From: an uncultured Chloroflexia bacterium | GTDB taxonomy: Bacteria; Chloroflexota; Anaerolineae; Anaerolineales; E44-bin32 | Reading direction: 5' to 3' | Length of the DNA stretch: 64,000 nucleotides | Assembly: GCA_963797485.1 (NCBI GenBank) | Contig: CAWCPF010000003.1 | Location: 934,552 to 998,551 of the forward strand | In this document: positions 1 through 10,725 of the stretch, piece after piece | How the letters are laid out: each line of letters starts with the position of its first letter | How positions within the stretch are numbered: the first letter of the stretch is position 1 | The notes under the pieces: generated by a model | Database searches by the model: none | What the model was told of the DNA's origin: nothing | What the model saw: only the letters and a program-made list of their open reading frames with translations | Position numbers and translations under genes: made by a program

Positions 1-110
1 AGCGGCTCCATCCGTGCCGTTGAAGACCGCCGCCCTTGGGCGCCGCAAGTCCACTCAATCCGCCACACCCTCTTGTCGGACATTCGGCATCAGCCCAAGA
101 GGCGCGCCCA

Positions 111-437
111 TTGTCTGACCTTGTGGCCGTACGGTCGATTGTCGTTGAACACGCCATGGGATTGCATGCGCGGTCCGCAGTAGACTTCGTGCGGACCGCG
201 CAACGTTTTAAGGCGCGGGTCCGGGTGCGCAACGAACGCAGCGAACCCAACCAAGAAGATTGGGCCGACGCCGAGAGCATCCTCAGCATTCTCTCGCTGG
301 AGGTCCATCAGGGCACCCGCATCACGATCCGGGCGGACGGCCCGGATGCCACCAAAGCCCTGGATGCCTTGTGTGATCTCGTGGCCAGCAACTTTGCAAA
401 GGGGGTGAGTGGAGAGCATGATCGCCACAACCGGTAG
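111..437 (+). CDS. ptsH: HPr family phosphocarrier protein
   Basis: GLHARSA (His15 motif) and DAESILSILSL (Ser46 region); TTG start at 111 after AAGAGG. Confidence 0.88.
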   Translation: MSDLVAVRSIVVEHAMGLHARSAVDFVRTAQRFKARVRVRNERSEPNQEDWADAESILSILSLEVHQGTRITIRADGPDATKALDALCDLVASNFAKGVSGEHDRHNR

Positions 438-1217
438 CCGCTTGAAGGCCCTTGAGATATTCAACCTCGATCCGAACAGCATCACGCCGCACTATCAACA
501 GTTGGTGGACCAAATCTTGGACGCCGTCACCGATGGAGACTTGAAGCCCGGCCAACCGCTGCCGTCCGAGCGCGAGCTTTCCAAAGCGCTGGGCATCAGC
601 CGCATGACGGTGCGCCGAGCGCTCACCGATCTCGAAGCCCGCGGCCGTCTGCAGAGCCAGGTGGGTCGGGGATGGTTCGTAAGCAAGGCCAAGATTGAGC
701 AGCGCTTGGAGCAGCTCAGCGGGTTCAGCGCCGACATGCGCGCCAAGCACCTGACCGTCGAGTCGCAGGTGCTGGTCTTTAAGGTCGAGCCGGCCGGGGC
801 CACGCTGGCCGATTGGCTGCATCTCAGTTTGGGCGAGCCGGTCTATCGGCTTGACCGAATCCAACTCGTGAATGGTGAGCCGGTCGGCCTTGAATACCCG
901 CGCCTCCCGGAGAAGTTCTGTCCCGGACTGGACCGTTTTGACTTCAACCGCGACTCGCTCTATCGCGTGCTGCGCGACGAATACCATCTTGTTCTTCATA
1001 ACGCCCTTCAGACGATCGAGGCCCTCGCTGGTCGATTGGCACGAGGCCAACCTGCTGAAGGTAGATCCCGGTGCGCCGGCTTTGCGCGGCCGGCGGACGG
1101 TGTTCGATCCGGAGGGGGTGGTCCTCGAGTTCGAGCACCGGCATTTATCGCGGCGATCGCTACCGCTATCAACTTGAACTTTATGGCGACAGCAAGGCAG
1201 AGGGAGTCCTTCTATGA
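418..1217 (+). CDS. GntR (HutC/UTRA) transcriptional regulator, two apparent frameshifts
   Basis: LPSERELSKALGISRMTVRRAL wHTH. The UTRA domain continues in other frames (LVDWHEANLLKVDPGAPAL..., then IYRGDRYRYQLEL). Its stop overlaps the EIIA ATG (ATGA at 1214-1217). Confidence 0.8.
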
Positions 1218-1651
1218 GCCCGGTGGGATTGGTTCTGGCAGCCCATGGTGGCCTGGCCGGCGAGCTGGTCAAAAGCGCCCGCATGATCGTCGGCGATCAG
1301 GTGCCGGTTCAGACCGTCCACCTGGACATGGACACCAACCTTGAGGCATTGTGCAGCCGCATGCTGGATGCGGTGGATGCTGCCGAGCAGGGCGCCGGGG
1401 TGCTGATCCTGATCGACTTGTTCGGCGGGACGCCGAGCAACGCCGCCGCCATGTGCTTGCAGCAGCGGCCCTGCGGTGTGGTGTCTGGAGTCAACCTGCC
1501 CATGCTGTTGGAAGTCCTGCTGGGAATCGAACAGGGCCAGGCGCTGGATGAACTGGCTCAAACGGCCGTCCGGGCCGGCTTGTCCGGCATTCTCGATGTG
1601 CGCGAACGCCATCAATCGCAGATTTCAAAGGAGCAGAATGGCGATGAGTAA
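1214..1651 (+). CDS. PTS mannose/fructose/sorbose-family EIIA
   Basis: LVLAAHGGLA (phospho-His), DLFGGTPSN, SGVNLPMLLE. Confidence 0.93.
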   Translation: MSPVGLVLAAHGGLAGELVKSARMIVGDQVPVQTVHLDMDTNLEALCSRMLDAVDAAEQGAGVLILIDLFGGTPSNAAAMCLQQRPCGVVSGVNLPMLLEVLLGIEQGQALDELAQTAVRAGLSGILDVRERHQSQISKEQNGDE

Positions 1652-2693
1652 ATCTGCCAACGGCACCATGCGGCAATCGGTCATCAAAGGGCCGAAGACG
1701 CTCGAGATTCAATCCATCCCCATACCAGAACCTGAGCCGGATCAGGTGCTGGTCAAGGTGCATTCGTGTGCGTTGTGCACCTGGGAGCAGCGCATGTACA
1801 CAGGTGATGAGCCGCACTATCCCATCACCGGCGGGCACGAGGTGGCCGGGGTGGTGGTCAAGACCGGGGAGCGCGTGTTCAGTGTCCAGGCGGGTGATCA
1901 TGTGACTGTGTCGGGGCTGGTCCGCTGCGAACAGTGCCAGTCCTGCCGGCGTGGCCTGAACAACATTTGTGAAAACATGTATAAGATCCGCGACGCGCAA
2001 CCGACCCCCGGGCCGGCCGGGCTGGGAGAGTATGTCCTGCGTTTGGGCGCCGACTGCTACAAGGTCGACCCATCCGTGCCGCTTGAACAGGCCGCGTTGA
2101 CCGAGCCCTTGTCATGTGTGCTGCGCAGCGTCAAACACGCCGCGCTGGGGGCGGGCGAGCCTGTGGTGATCATCGGCGCCGGGATCATGGGGATGCTCCA
2201 CCTGCTCCTGGCCAAGCGCGCCGGGGCGATCGTCTACCTGAGCGAACCCGATGCCGGTCGACGGAAAAAGGCGATGGAGCTCGGCGCCGCCGGAGCCTTT
2301 AACCCACTTGAAGAAGACTATGTGGAGAAGGTCCGTTCGCTGACCGGCGGTCATGGCGCGGCGGCGACGTTTGTCTGCGTGGCGCGTGCCTCGACCATCG
2401 AGCCGGCCGTGAACGCTTCGGCGCCAGGCGGGCGGGTGATGTTGTACTCGAGTTTCTTCCCCAAGGGGGAGAAGATCCAGCTCGATCCGAATGTCTTTCA
2501 CAAGATCGAGATCGTGCTGACGGGGACCATGAGCCAGAGCCGCCAGGACTTCTTCGAGGCGGCGGAGATGATCTCCAACCGGGAGCTCGATCTGGAGCCG
2601 CTGGTGAGCGCTCGCTTCAGCCTTGACCAGCTGGAGCAGGCCTTTGAGGCGGCCTTGCAGGTCAACACGTACCGTGTGATCGTCAATCCGTGA
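1638..2693 (+). CDS. Zn-dependent (MDR) sugar/polyol-phosphate dehydrogenase
   Basis: GHEVAG, CEQCQSCRRGLNNIC structural Zn site, IIGAGIMG NAD motif; AAAGGAG RBS. Confidence 0.9.
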   Translation: MAMSKSANGTMRQSVIKGPKTLEIQSIPIPEPEPDQVLVKVHSCALCTWEQRMYTGDEPHYPITGGHEVAGVVVKTGERVFSVQAGDHVTVSGLVRCEQCQSCRRGLNNICENMYKIRDAQPTPGPAGLGEYVLRLGADCYKVDPSVPLEQAALTEPLSCVLRSVKHAALGAGEPVVIIGAGIMGMLHLLLAKRAGAIVYLSEPDAGRRKKAMELGAAGAFNPLEEDYVEKVRSLTGGHGAAATFVCVARASTIEPAVNASAPGGRVMLYSSFFPKGEKIQLDPNVFHKIEIVLTGTMSQSRQDFFEAAEMISNRELDLEPLVSARFSLDQLEQAFEAALQVNTYRVIVNP

Positions 2694-2729
2694 TCGGCTG
2701 CCCGAAGGCCAGAAGGGAGGCCCTGACCC

Positions 2730-3212
2730 ATGCAGATTGCTCTGGCCCGCATCGATGACCGGCTGATCCATGGGCAGGTGGTCACCGCCTGGCTGCAAAC
2801 CATCGGACCGTGCGACGAGATTCTGGTCTGCGACGACAGAGCCAGCAAGGACCAGTTACTCCAGCAGGTGCTGATGATGAGCAAGCCGCCCGACAAGAGT
2901 CTGCGCGTGCTGTCGACAGACGAAACAATCGCCGAATTCAAATCCAACGCCGACGATCCCCGGCGGGTGCTCTTGATCACCCGCGGGCCCGAGGCGATGC
3001 TCAACCTGGTTCAAAACGGTGTGACGATCGACCACCTCAACGTGGGAGGCATGGGGGGTGGTTCGGCGCGCAAGAAGCTGCATCGAAACGTCTCGGCCAC
3101 GGATGAGGAGGTGGAAACCCTACGACAAATCCAGGCGCTGGGGGTGAGAGTTGAATTGAAGATGCTTCCGAGCAATTCTGCCGTGGATCTTGCCAGCATC
3201 GAGGGAAGGTGA
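2730..3212 (+). CDS. PTS mannose/sorbose-family EIIB
   Basis: RIDDRLIHGQV phospho-His motif, LNVGGM. Confidence 0.95.
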   Translation: MQIALARIDDRLIHGQVVTAWLQTIGPCDEILVCDDRASKDQLLQQVLMMSKPPDKSLRVLSTDETIAEFKSNADDPRRVLLITRGPEAMLNLVQNGVTIDHLNVGGMGGGSARKKLHRNVSATDEEVETLRQIQALGVRVELKMLPSNSAVDLASIEGR

Positions 3213-3284
3213 GCGGAGAGACTTGTTGACCCAGAAAGGACGTCCCGAGTTATACAGCCTTAAGGCCAGTCGGAGGACGGATCC

Positions 3285-4199
3285 ATGAAATTGTCACTTA
3301 AGAAGGCGTTTGCGGTCTTAGGCTTGGTGTGGTTGGCGGCCTTGCTGTTCCAGGTTTCGGCCTGGGCGGCGGCGTCACCCGGCTACGCGGTGGCCCAAGC
3401 CGCCGGCAGCCGTCTGACCTTGCTCCAAGCCATCCTGGTCGCAGCCGGGTACTGGTGGACAAATAGCGCCTTCACCCCCAATCTAGGTTTCAACTTCACC
3501 CGCTGGCCGATCATCGGCGGCACCTTTGTCGGACTGATCATGGGCAATCTGGAGCAGGGCATTCTGCTCGGCGCCAGCATCAACTTGGTCTTCCTGGGCG
3601 TTATCTCCGCCGGTGGTTCGACCCCGGCCGATCCCTCGTTGGCCGGCTGGCTGGGCACTGCCCTGGCCATGTCCGCTGGCCTGGGGACCGAGCAAGCGAT
3701 CGCCATCGCCGCACCGCTCGGGGCGCTGGGCACGATCGCGTTCTACAGCCGCATGAGCGTCGATGTCGGCTTTGTGCGTTGGGCAAACGAAGCCGCCGAG
3801 CGTGGAGACATTGATGGGGTCGCCTTGATGAACTGGCTGCCGGGACAGATCTTCGTCTTTGTTACAACCTTCATCCCGGTGCTCATCCTGGCGCTGGTTG
3901 GCTCGTCTGCGTTGAACGCCCTGTTCGACGCTATCGACCCATTCCGCGGCGGTTCGGCGGATTGGCGCTGGATCCGTGACTGGTTCATCATCGCCGGTTC
4001 CGTGCTCCCTGCCGTCGGCATCGCGCTCAACTTGAGCCTGATCTTCAACCGCGCCGTGCTGGCTTACCTGCTGATCTTCTTCACGGTTGCTGCCATGGCG
4101 CACACGAACATCATCGCCATCGCCGTGATCGCTGCAGGCTTGGCACTCGTGCACGTCATGCTCAGCCGAGGGAGGGAGCAGCATGCACACACAAGCTGA
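3285..4199 (+). CDS. PTS mannose-family EIIC
   Basis: PIIGGTFVGLIMGNLEQGILLGASINLVFLGVISAGGSTPADP, LPAVGIA; hydrophobic. Confidence 0.9.
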   Translation: MKLSLKKAFAVLGLVWLAALLFQVSAWAAASPGYAVAQAAGSRLTLLQAILVAAGYWWTNSAFTPNLGFNFTRWPIIGGTFVGLIMGNLEQGILLGASINLVFLGVISAGGSTPADPSLAGWLGTALAMSAGLGTEQAIAIAAPLGALGTIAFYSRMSVDVGFVRWANEAAERGDIDGVALMNWLPGQIFVFVTTFIPVLILALVGSSALNALFDAIDPFRGGSADWRWIRDWFIIAGSVLPAVGIALNLSLIFNRAVLAYLLIFFTVAAMAHTNIIAIAVIAAGLALVHVMLSRGREQHAHTS

Positions 4200-5286
4200 C
4201 ATAGGCCCCAAGAAACTCATCACCCGGGGTGACGTCTTTGCTTCCTGGCTCCGCTGGTTGTTCTTCGCTCACGCGAACTACAACTGGGAGGTCTATCAGG
4301 GCACGGGATTTGCCCATGCCATGGCCCCCATCATCCGCAAGCTCTACAAGAATCCAGAGGACATCAAGGCGGCCCTCAAGCGGCACCTGGTGTTCTTCAA
4401 CACCGAGCCCGATACGGGCGGCGTGATCCACGGCATGACCATCGCCCTGGAGGAGCAGCGGGCTCTGGGCAACACCGAGATCGACGACGAGACCATCACC
4501 AACGTCAAGTCCGGCCTGATGGGGCCCTTTGCCGGGCTAGGCGATACGCTTAAGCAGGGCACGTGGTTCCCCGTGTGGCAGTCGATCGCCATCGGTGTGG
4601 CTTTGGCTGCCAATGGAGCCGCTTCCGGCATCCTTGGCCCGATCATCTACTTCATCGCCGCGTGCGCTTACACGTTCGCCTTCGGCTGGTGGCTGTACTA
4701 CGAAGGTTATCGGCAGGGTCAGGCACTGGTCACGCAGCTCCTTCAAACCGGACTGCTGGACGACGTCCGCATCGGCGCCTCGGTGCTCGGCGCCGCCGTC
4801 CTGGGCGCGCTGGCCGCCCAGTTCGTCACGGTCTCAACCGGGATCAAGTGGAACGTGATCGCTGGCACCGGCGACCAGGCCGTTACGCAGACGTTTTCTC
4901 TGCAAACCGACGTCTTTGACAAGCTGTATCCCTCCCTGCTGCCTTTGCTCCTGCTCTTGCTGGTGATCTGGCTGCTGAGACGGGGCGCCTCCGTCATCGA
5001 TGTCATCCTGTATCTGTTTGGCACCACGCTCGCCGCAGCGCTCATAGAATCGGTATCTCGATTTGCAGTCCAAACACACAAAGCCTTCGGGGTCTTCAGC
5101 CAAAATGGCGTTCCATCCCTGATCGGGATCGCCCTGCTGATCATCTTTGCCCTGTTCTTCGGCCAGCGCCGTGGCAACATCCGCGCTGCTGTGAATTTCG
5201 TGGTCGGCTTCCTGGTGGTGGCCGTGGTCTTCGGCCTGCTGTCAGTGAATGCCGCCGAGCCGCTGCAGTTGTTATCTCACTTCTAG
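4183..5286 (+). CDS. PTS mannose-family EIID with C-terminal membrane extension
   Basis: NYNWEVYQGTGF, RHLVFFNTEP, KSGLMGPFAGLGD. Confidence 0.92.
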   Translation: MHTQADIGPKKLITRGDVFASWLRWLFFAHANYNWEVYQGTGFAHAMAPIIRKLYKNPEDIKAALKRHLVFFNTEPDTGGVIHGMTIALEEQRALGNTEIDDETITNVKSGLMGPFAGLGDTLKQGTWFPVWQSIAIGVALAANGAASGILGPIIYFIAACAYTFAFGWWLYYEGYRQGQALVTQLLQTGLLDDVRIGASVLGAAVLGALAAQFVTVSTGIKWNVIAGTGDQAVTQTFSLQTDVFDKLYPSLLPLLLLLLVIWLLRRGASVIDVILYLFGTTLAAALIESVSRFAVQTHKAFGVFSQNGVPSLIGIALLIIFALFFGQRRGNIRAAVNFVVGFLVVAVVFGLLSVNAAEPLQLLSHF

Positions 5287-5431
5287 TCGGTCGGTAAGGA
5301 CGTTGGGTAGATCGCTCATGCACGCATGATCGACAAGGCGGCCAGCTTTGGGCCGAGCACCTGAACGTGGCCGCCGCCATCATTTTGAATTGAACGCATC
5401 CCACCCAACCGCTGCAGGATATGGAGTTGAA

Positions 5432-6211
5432 ATGTTCGCAAAACGTAGAATGAACCGGATCTTCAGAGCCGATGGGCGCTCGCTGATCGTGGCCATGGAC
5501 CACGTTGGCTTCATGAACACGCCTTTGGAAGGCTTGATCCAACCCAAACCGACTGTGGCCGCCTGTGTGGCAGGCGGGGCCGACGCCATCATGACCACCG
5601 CCGGGACGGCCGAGGCCTGCCGCGACGAGATTGCCGCCGCGGGCTTGATACTGACCATCCCGTCCGCCGCCAAACCAGCCACCGACGGTGCCGTCGAATA
5701 CGCCCTGCGCATCGGCGCCGATGCCGTCAAAGTCCTCGTGTACCCGTTCCAGGCTAATCCTGAGCCGACCATCCTGGCTCAAATCGCCCTGGGACAGGAA
5801 TGCGCTGCGTGGGGCATGCCACTCCTCTCGGAGACCATCCCTGGCGGCTGGGAAGGTGGCGCCGACATGCGCACCCCCGAAGCCATCGCCGCAGGCGCTC
5901 GCGTGGGCGCCGAGGCCGGAGCGGACTTCGTCAAGACGCTTCCAACCGCCGACCTGACCCAATTCGACATCGTGGCCGAAAACTGCCCGGTGCCGGTGGT
6001 CATCCTGGGCGGGGCCAAGGCCGACTCGGACCGTGACCTGCTCGAATCGGTCAAGGTCGCCCTCGACCATGGTGCATCGGGTGTGGCCATCGGCCGAAAC
6101 ATCTTCAGCCACCCTGAGCCCGGTCGTCTCGTGGCCGCTCTGGCGGCCCTTATCCACGAGAGCGCCAGCGTGGACGAGGCGCTTAAGGAAATGGGCCGCG
6201 TGCCCGCCTGA
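5432..6211 (+). CDS. Class I aldolase (DhnA/LsrF-like)
   Basis: [17 protein letters not shown] (Schiff-base Lys), [16 protein letters not shown]. Confidence 0.9.
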   Translation: MFAKRRMNRIFRADGRSLIVAMDHVGFMNTPLEGLIQPKPTVAACVAGGADAIMTTAGTAEACRDEIAAAGLILTIPSAAKPATDGAVEYALRIGADAVKVLVYPFQANPEPTILAQIALGQECAAWGMPLLSETIPGGWEGGADMRTPEAIAAGARVGAEAGADFVKTLPTADLTQFDIVAENCPVPVVILGGAKADSDRDLLESVKVALDHGASGVAIGRNIFSHPEPGRLVAALAALIHESASVDEALKEMGRVPA

Positions 6212-6309
6212 TGCAATTGGACGGACAACCTCGAAAACGCGCTCGCCGAGTCGCATTTGGACCCGGCGAGCTGCGGCGTCGGCCAGAGCCTTCGGGACGA
6301 ACGAAGAGT

Positions 6310-6677
6310 CCGTCCAGGCGGCCGGCGCGGCGAGCCCCCTCGGCCACGCGCTCGACGGCGCGTCGAATGTAGTCCACGGACACGACGTAGTTGAGCACGA
6401 CGCCATCGGCTATTTCGCCCGCCAGTTCCCACATGGTGCTCCAGGTGGCGGCAATCACCGCAGGGTTGCGGGTACATACCGGCAGGACCCCTGATCCGAT
6501 GCGCAGGCTGCGCGTCGTGGCCAGAAAGGCGCTCATCAGCACCACGCAATCGCACGCCACGCGAGTGTCCGCCTGCCATATTTCGGAAAACCCGTGGGCT
6601 TCAGCATAACGCGTCATCTCGAGCTCGCAGGCGATCGGGTGGCGATCCTGCATATACAAGGCCATGCGTTGGGGCAT
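6310..6677 (-). pseudogene. LLM-class (luciferase-like/F420-type) oxidoreductase remnant with internal deletion
   Basis: [15 protein letters not shown]...[18 protein letters not shown] is joined directly to [11 protein letters not shown]; C-terminal half absent. Confidence 0.7.
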
Positions 6678-6840
6678 AATAGGGACAGGCCCCCCGGGTT
6701 GAGGTGCAAGCTGGCCGAAGGTGGCCGGTGAGGCGATCGGATGACCGATTCTAGCCTCGGCCCGAGACGGGTCCAAGACCGGCGCCATGCGCCGGGACTT
6801 GCCAGGCGGGATGGTGGTGAACACCGGACAAGGAGCGGGC

Positions 6841-7692
6841 ATGAACACTTCAACGGATGAAATCCTGCGCCCCAAGACGCCGGAAGAGGCCGGGGCTCTG
6901 CTGGAAAAGTTGGGCGACCGGGCGGGGCTGCTGTGGTGGGGGGCCCGCGTTGAAATCCCCGCGGCCTGGTCCCGCCCGACGATGATCGACCTGTCGGACC
7001 TGGACCTGCGGGGCATCCAGCTCCGCGAAGGCTGGCTGGCCATCGGCGGGCTGACCCGGCTGCAGGACCTGGTGGAATCGAGCGAGCTCCAGAGCCGCTT
7101 TGGGGGCATTGTGCATGCGGCCGCCCGGCGGATGGCCCACTACGGAATGCGCAATCTGGCCACGCTGGGGGGCGCGCTGTTCAGCCCGGGCGGCCCGCCC
7201 GAGCTGAGCCTGGCTTTGCTGGTCGTGGGCGGCGAAGTGGTTTTCGCCGGGGAGACCGAAAAGGTCGCCAAGCTGGAGACCGTTCTGACGGCTCCGGCCG
7301 GAACCGTGCGTGGTCTGGTCAAGGAGGTTAGGCTCCCGGTGGTCCCCGAGACCGGGACTGGTTGGGGCCTGGAGTGGGTGGCGCGATCGCCCATGGACAT
7401 GGCGATAGCCGCCGCCGCGGCGATGGTCTCGCAAAGTTCGGGTCATGTGGCTGAGGTTCGGCTGGCGGTGGGCAGCCTTGGGCTTGCCCCGCGCCGGATC
7501 GAGTTGGGCGAAGCGGCCCTGGCGGGACAACCCTTGAAGAGCCTCGATTTGTCGGCCGTGACGTCGGCGGTCAAGGCCGCCGTCGCCCCGGAGGCGGATT
7601 TCCGGGCCACGGCTGAGTACCAGAGAGAGATGATGGCCCAGTTGGCGGCTCGCGCCGTCGCCTCGGCGCTGGAAAAGGCAGGTGCGGAATGA
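6841..7692 (+). CDS. FAD-binding subunit of xanthine/CO dehydrogenase family (CoxM/YgfM-like)
   Basis: [20 protein letters not shown]; coupled to the downstream Mo subunit. Confidence 0.85.
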   Translation: MNTSTDEILRPKTPEEAGALLEKLGDRAGLLWWGARVEIPAAWSRPTMIDLSDLDLRGIQLREGWLAIGGLTRLQDLVESSELQSRFGGIVHAAARRMAHYGMRNLATLGGALFSPGGPPELSLALLVVGGEVVFAGETEKVAKLETVLTAPAGTVRGLVKEVRLPVVPETGTGWGLEWVARSPMDMAIAAAAAMVSQSSGHVAEVRLAVGSLGLAPRRIELGEAALAGQPLKSLDLSAVTSAVKAAVAPEADFRATAEYQREMMAQLAARAVASALEKAGAE

Positions 7693-10613
7693 AGATACGA
7701 TTCTCTCTCAACGGCCAGCCGGTCGAGGCTGAGGTCCTACCCGATGAGAAGCTGATGGACGCCCTGCGCCGGCTACAGGTGTGGAGCGTGAAGCATGGAT
7801 GTGAGACCGGCGACTGCGGCGCTTGCAGCATCCTGCTGGACGGACGATTAACGCCGACCTGCATCGTGTTCGCCGCTCAGGCCGATGGTCGTGAAATCGA
7901 GACCGTGGAGGGCCTGTCCGACCGACACGAACTGCACCCAATCCAGCAGGCTTTTGTGGACACCGGGGCGATTCAATGCGGCTACTGCACGCCGGCCATG
8001 GTGCTGGCTACCCAGGACCTGCTCTCTCGCGTGCCTGATCCCAGTGAGGACGAATGCCGGGAGGCCCTCAGCGGCGTGCTGTGCCGCTGCACGGGCTATG
8101 TCAAGCCGGTGGAGGCCATGCTGCGGGCGGCGGCCGTACTGCGCGGCGAAGCTGTGGCCCCGATCGAAAGCGAGGGCATTCCCCTGATCTTCGATCCCGG
8201 ACCGGGCATGTCGGCCGGCGAGGACCGGGCCCAGGTGGGCATCGGCGGGACCCAGGTGGCCGTCAAGCCACAAATCGACCTGCGCGCCACGTCCACGCGC
8301 CAGAACACGCAGGTCGTGGCCCACCCCGAGCCCAAGGTCGATGCCGTCAAGCTGGTGAAAGGCCGTCCGGTGTTCACCGACGATATGGACATGCCCGGGC
8401 TGCTTCACGGGGCGCTGTTGACCAGCCCACACGCGCATGCGCGTATCCGGTCGATCGACGTCTCCAAAGCCAAGGCCCTGCCGGGGGTCGAAGCGGTGCT
8501 CACCTACAAAGATGTCCCCCGGGTGCCATATGCCTCGGGGGGGCAGTCATATCCCAACCCGCACCCGTGGGACCAGGTCAGCCTGGACTCGAAAGTACGC
8601 TACGTGGGCGATCGTGTGGCTTTGGTGGCCGCCGAAACGCCGAACATCGCCCGCCGGGCTCTGAGCCTGATCGAGGTGGACTACGAAGTGCTGCCGGCGG
8701 TTTTCGACCCGATCACGGCCATGCAGGACGGCGCACCGGTGATCCACGATGAGACCGACTCGCCCGGCATCGAAGACGCCGCGCACAACCTGGCGGTCAA
8801 ACTGACCACGAATGTCGGCGACGTCGAGCAGGCCCTGAGCGAGTTGGACGTGGTCATGGAGCGCACCTATCGCGTGCACCAGGTGCAGCAGGCCTCGATC
8901 GAGCCGCATGTGGTCATGACCTACTGGGACGAGGACGACCGGCTGGTGATCCGGACCAGCACCCAGGTGCCCTTCCACGTCCGGCGAATGGTGGCCCCGC
9001 TGCTGGGGCTGTCGGTCAAGCAGATTCGGGTGGTCAAGCCGCGCATCGGTGGCGGCTTTGGCGGCAAACAGGAAATGCTCATCGAGGACCTGTGTGCCCA
9101 CCTGACCCTGGCGACCGGGCGCCCGGTGCGCCTGGAGTACACGCGCGAGCTCGAGTTCACCAGTTCCCGGTCGCGCCATGCGCAGATCCTGACCTACCGC
9201 GCCGGGGCCATGTCGGATGGGACGCTCAAGGCGCTGGACCTGCATGTGGTCGAAGACACCGGCGCGTTCGGCACGCACGGCATGACGGTGTGCGGCGTGA
9301 CCGGCCAGCGTGGTCTGGCCACCTACCGCTGCGATGATCTGCGCTTTGTGGGCGATATCGTCTACACCAACAAACCGGTCGCCGGCGCATTCCGAGGATA
9401 CGGGGCGCCGCAGGCAGAATTCGCCCTCGAGTGTCTGATGGAGGAGATGGCCGCCGAGTTGGGGTTTGACCCGGTCGAATTCCGGCTCAAGAACTCGCTT
9501 CGGGTGGGGGATCCCATCCCCATCACGGCCGCGCTGGGCGAAGGCGGTCACGTGACGGCGCAGAAGGTCACCAGCAGCACGCTGGCCGAGTGCGTGTCCC
9601 AGGGGGCAGCGGCCATCCATTGGGACCGGCGGTCGGATGCGTCGTGGCAGACCATCCCGGGCAAGCCCTATGTCCGGCGCGGCTTGGGGTTCGCCGTGGT
9701 CATGCACGGCACCGCCATCGCCGGCCTGGACATGGGGGCAGCCAGCCTGAAGATGAATGACGACGGCAGCTTCAACCTGCTGGTCGGGGCGACCGATCTT
9801 GGCACGGGCTCCGACACCGTCCTGGCTCAGATCGCCGCCGAAACCCTGGGCGTGCCGGTCGAGGACGTCCTGATCTACTCGTCGGACACGGATTTCACAC
9901 CCTTCGACACCGGCGCGTACGCCTCGAGCACGACCTACATCTCCGGCGGCGCCGTCCAAAAGGCCGCCGCCGACGTCCGGCAGCAGATCTTCAAGCGCGC
10001 CGCGATGATGCTCAAGACCGAGACCGCCGGCATGAGTTTGCAGGGCCGGCAGGTCGTCACGTCAGACGGCAGGCAGGTCAGCCTGGCCGCCGTGGCCCTG
10101 CACAGCCTGCACGTTGAGGACCAACAGCAGATCATGGCCACCGCCTCGCACATGTCGATGGTGTCGCCGCCACCGTTTGGAGCGCAGTTTGCCGAGGTCG
10201 AAGTTGACATTGAGACGGGCGCCGTCACCGTCAAACGCCTGGTGATGGCGGTGGACTGCGGGACGCCCATCAATCCCCAGGGCGCCACCGGGCAGATCGA
10301 AGGCGGGCTGGTTCAGGCACTCGGCTATGCCGTGTCCGAGGAGATGGCTTACGACCAGAACGGCTCGATCCAGACCCGGCGCTTTGGCGATTACCGCATC
10401 TTCCAGGCGGACGAGGTCCCCGAGATCCAGGCCATCCTGGTGCCGTCTTACGAGCCCAACGGGCCTTACGGCGCCAAGGCGGTCGCCGAAATCCCGATGG
10501 ATGGCGTGGCGCCGGCGGTGGCTAATGCCGTCCGGCATGCCATCGGGATTCAGATTCGGGAGCTGCCGCTGCTCCCCGAAAAGGTCTGGCGGGCCATCCA
10601 GGCGCGTGCGTGA
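7689..10613 (+). CDS. Molybdopterin oxidoreductase, xanthine dehydrogenase family, fused 2Fe-2S + Mo domains (XdhD-like)
   Basis: GCETGDCGAC, QCGYCTP, CRCTGY, IGGGFGGK, AFRGYG, GAKAVAE. Confidence 0.92.
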   Translation: MKIRFSLNGQPVEAEVLPDEKLMDALRRLQVWSVKHGCETGDCGACSILLDGRLTPTCIVFAAQADGREIETVEGLSDRHELHPIQQAFVDTGAIQCGYCTPAMVLATQDLLSRVPDPSEDECREALSGVLCRCTGYVKPVEAMLRAAAVLRGEAVAPIESEGIPLIFDPGPGMSAGEDRAQVGIGGTQVAVKPQIDLRATSTRQNTQVVAHPEPKVDAVKLVKGRPVFTDDMDMPGLLHGALLTSPHAHARIRSIDVSKAKALPGVEAVLTYKDVPRVPYASGGQSYPNPHPWDQVSLDSKVRYVGDRVALVAAETPNIARRALSLIEVDYEVLPAVFDPITAMQDGAPVIHDETDSPGIEDAAHNLAVKLTTNVGDVEQALSELDVVMERTYRVHQVQQASIEPHVVMTYWDEDDRLVIRTSTQVPFHVRRMVAPLLGLSVKQIRVVKPRIGGGFGGKQEMLIEDLCAHLTLATGRPVRLEYTRELEFTSSRSRHAQILTYRAGAMSDGTLKALDLHVVEDTGAFGTHGMTVCGVTGQRGLATYRCDDLRFVGDIVYTNKPVAGAFRGYGAPQAEFALECLMEEMAAELGFDPVEFRLKNSLRVGDPIPITAALGEGGHVTAQKVTSSTLAECVSQGAAAIHWDRRSDASWQTIPGKPYVRRGLGFAVVMHGTAIAGLDMGAASLKMNDDGSFNLLVGATDLGTGSDTVLAQIAAETLGVPVEDVLIYSSDTDFTPFDTGAYASSTTYISGGAVQKAAADVRQQIFKRAAMMLKTETAGMSLQGRQVVTSDGRQVSLAAVALHSLHVEDQQQIMATASHMSMVSPPPFGAQFAEVEVDIETGAVTVKRLVMAVDCGTPINPQGATGQIEGGLVQALGYAVSEEMAYDQNGSIQTRRFGDYRIFQADEVPEIQAILVPSYEPNGPYGAKAVAEIPMDGVAPAVANAVRHAIGIQIRELPLLPEKVWRAIQARA

Positions 10614-10631
10614 CGGGGAGTTGATCCCGGC

Positions 10632-10721
10632 ATGACCGAAAACGGTCCGGGCATGCTGATCCTGCCCGATTATCTGATCGACCGGCCCGGGGAACTCGTG
10701 CGGCGGGGCTGGGGCGGTTGA
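10632..10721 (+). pseudogene. 29-codon ORF, possible N-terminal stub of an amidohydrolase
   Basis: GGGGAG RBS, then MTENGPGMLILPDYLIDRPGELVRRGWG*; stops 4 bp before the convergent hypE stop. Confidence 0.35.
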
Positions 10722-10725
10722 GGGT

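Noticed and set aside
7689-10613. Aerobic CO dehydrogenase or selenocysteine enzyme
   Set aside because: Active-site loop is AFRGYG, not the AYRCSFR of CoxL; no in-frame TGA
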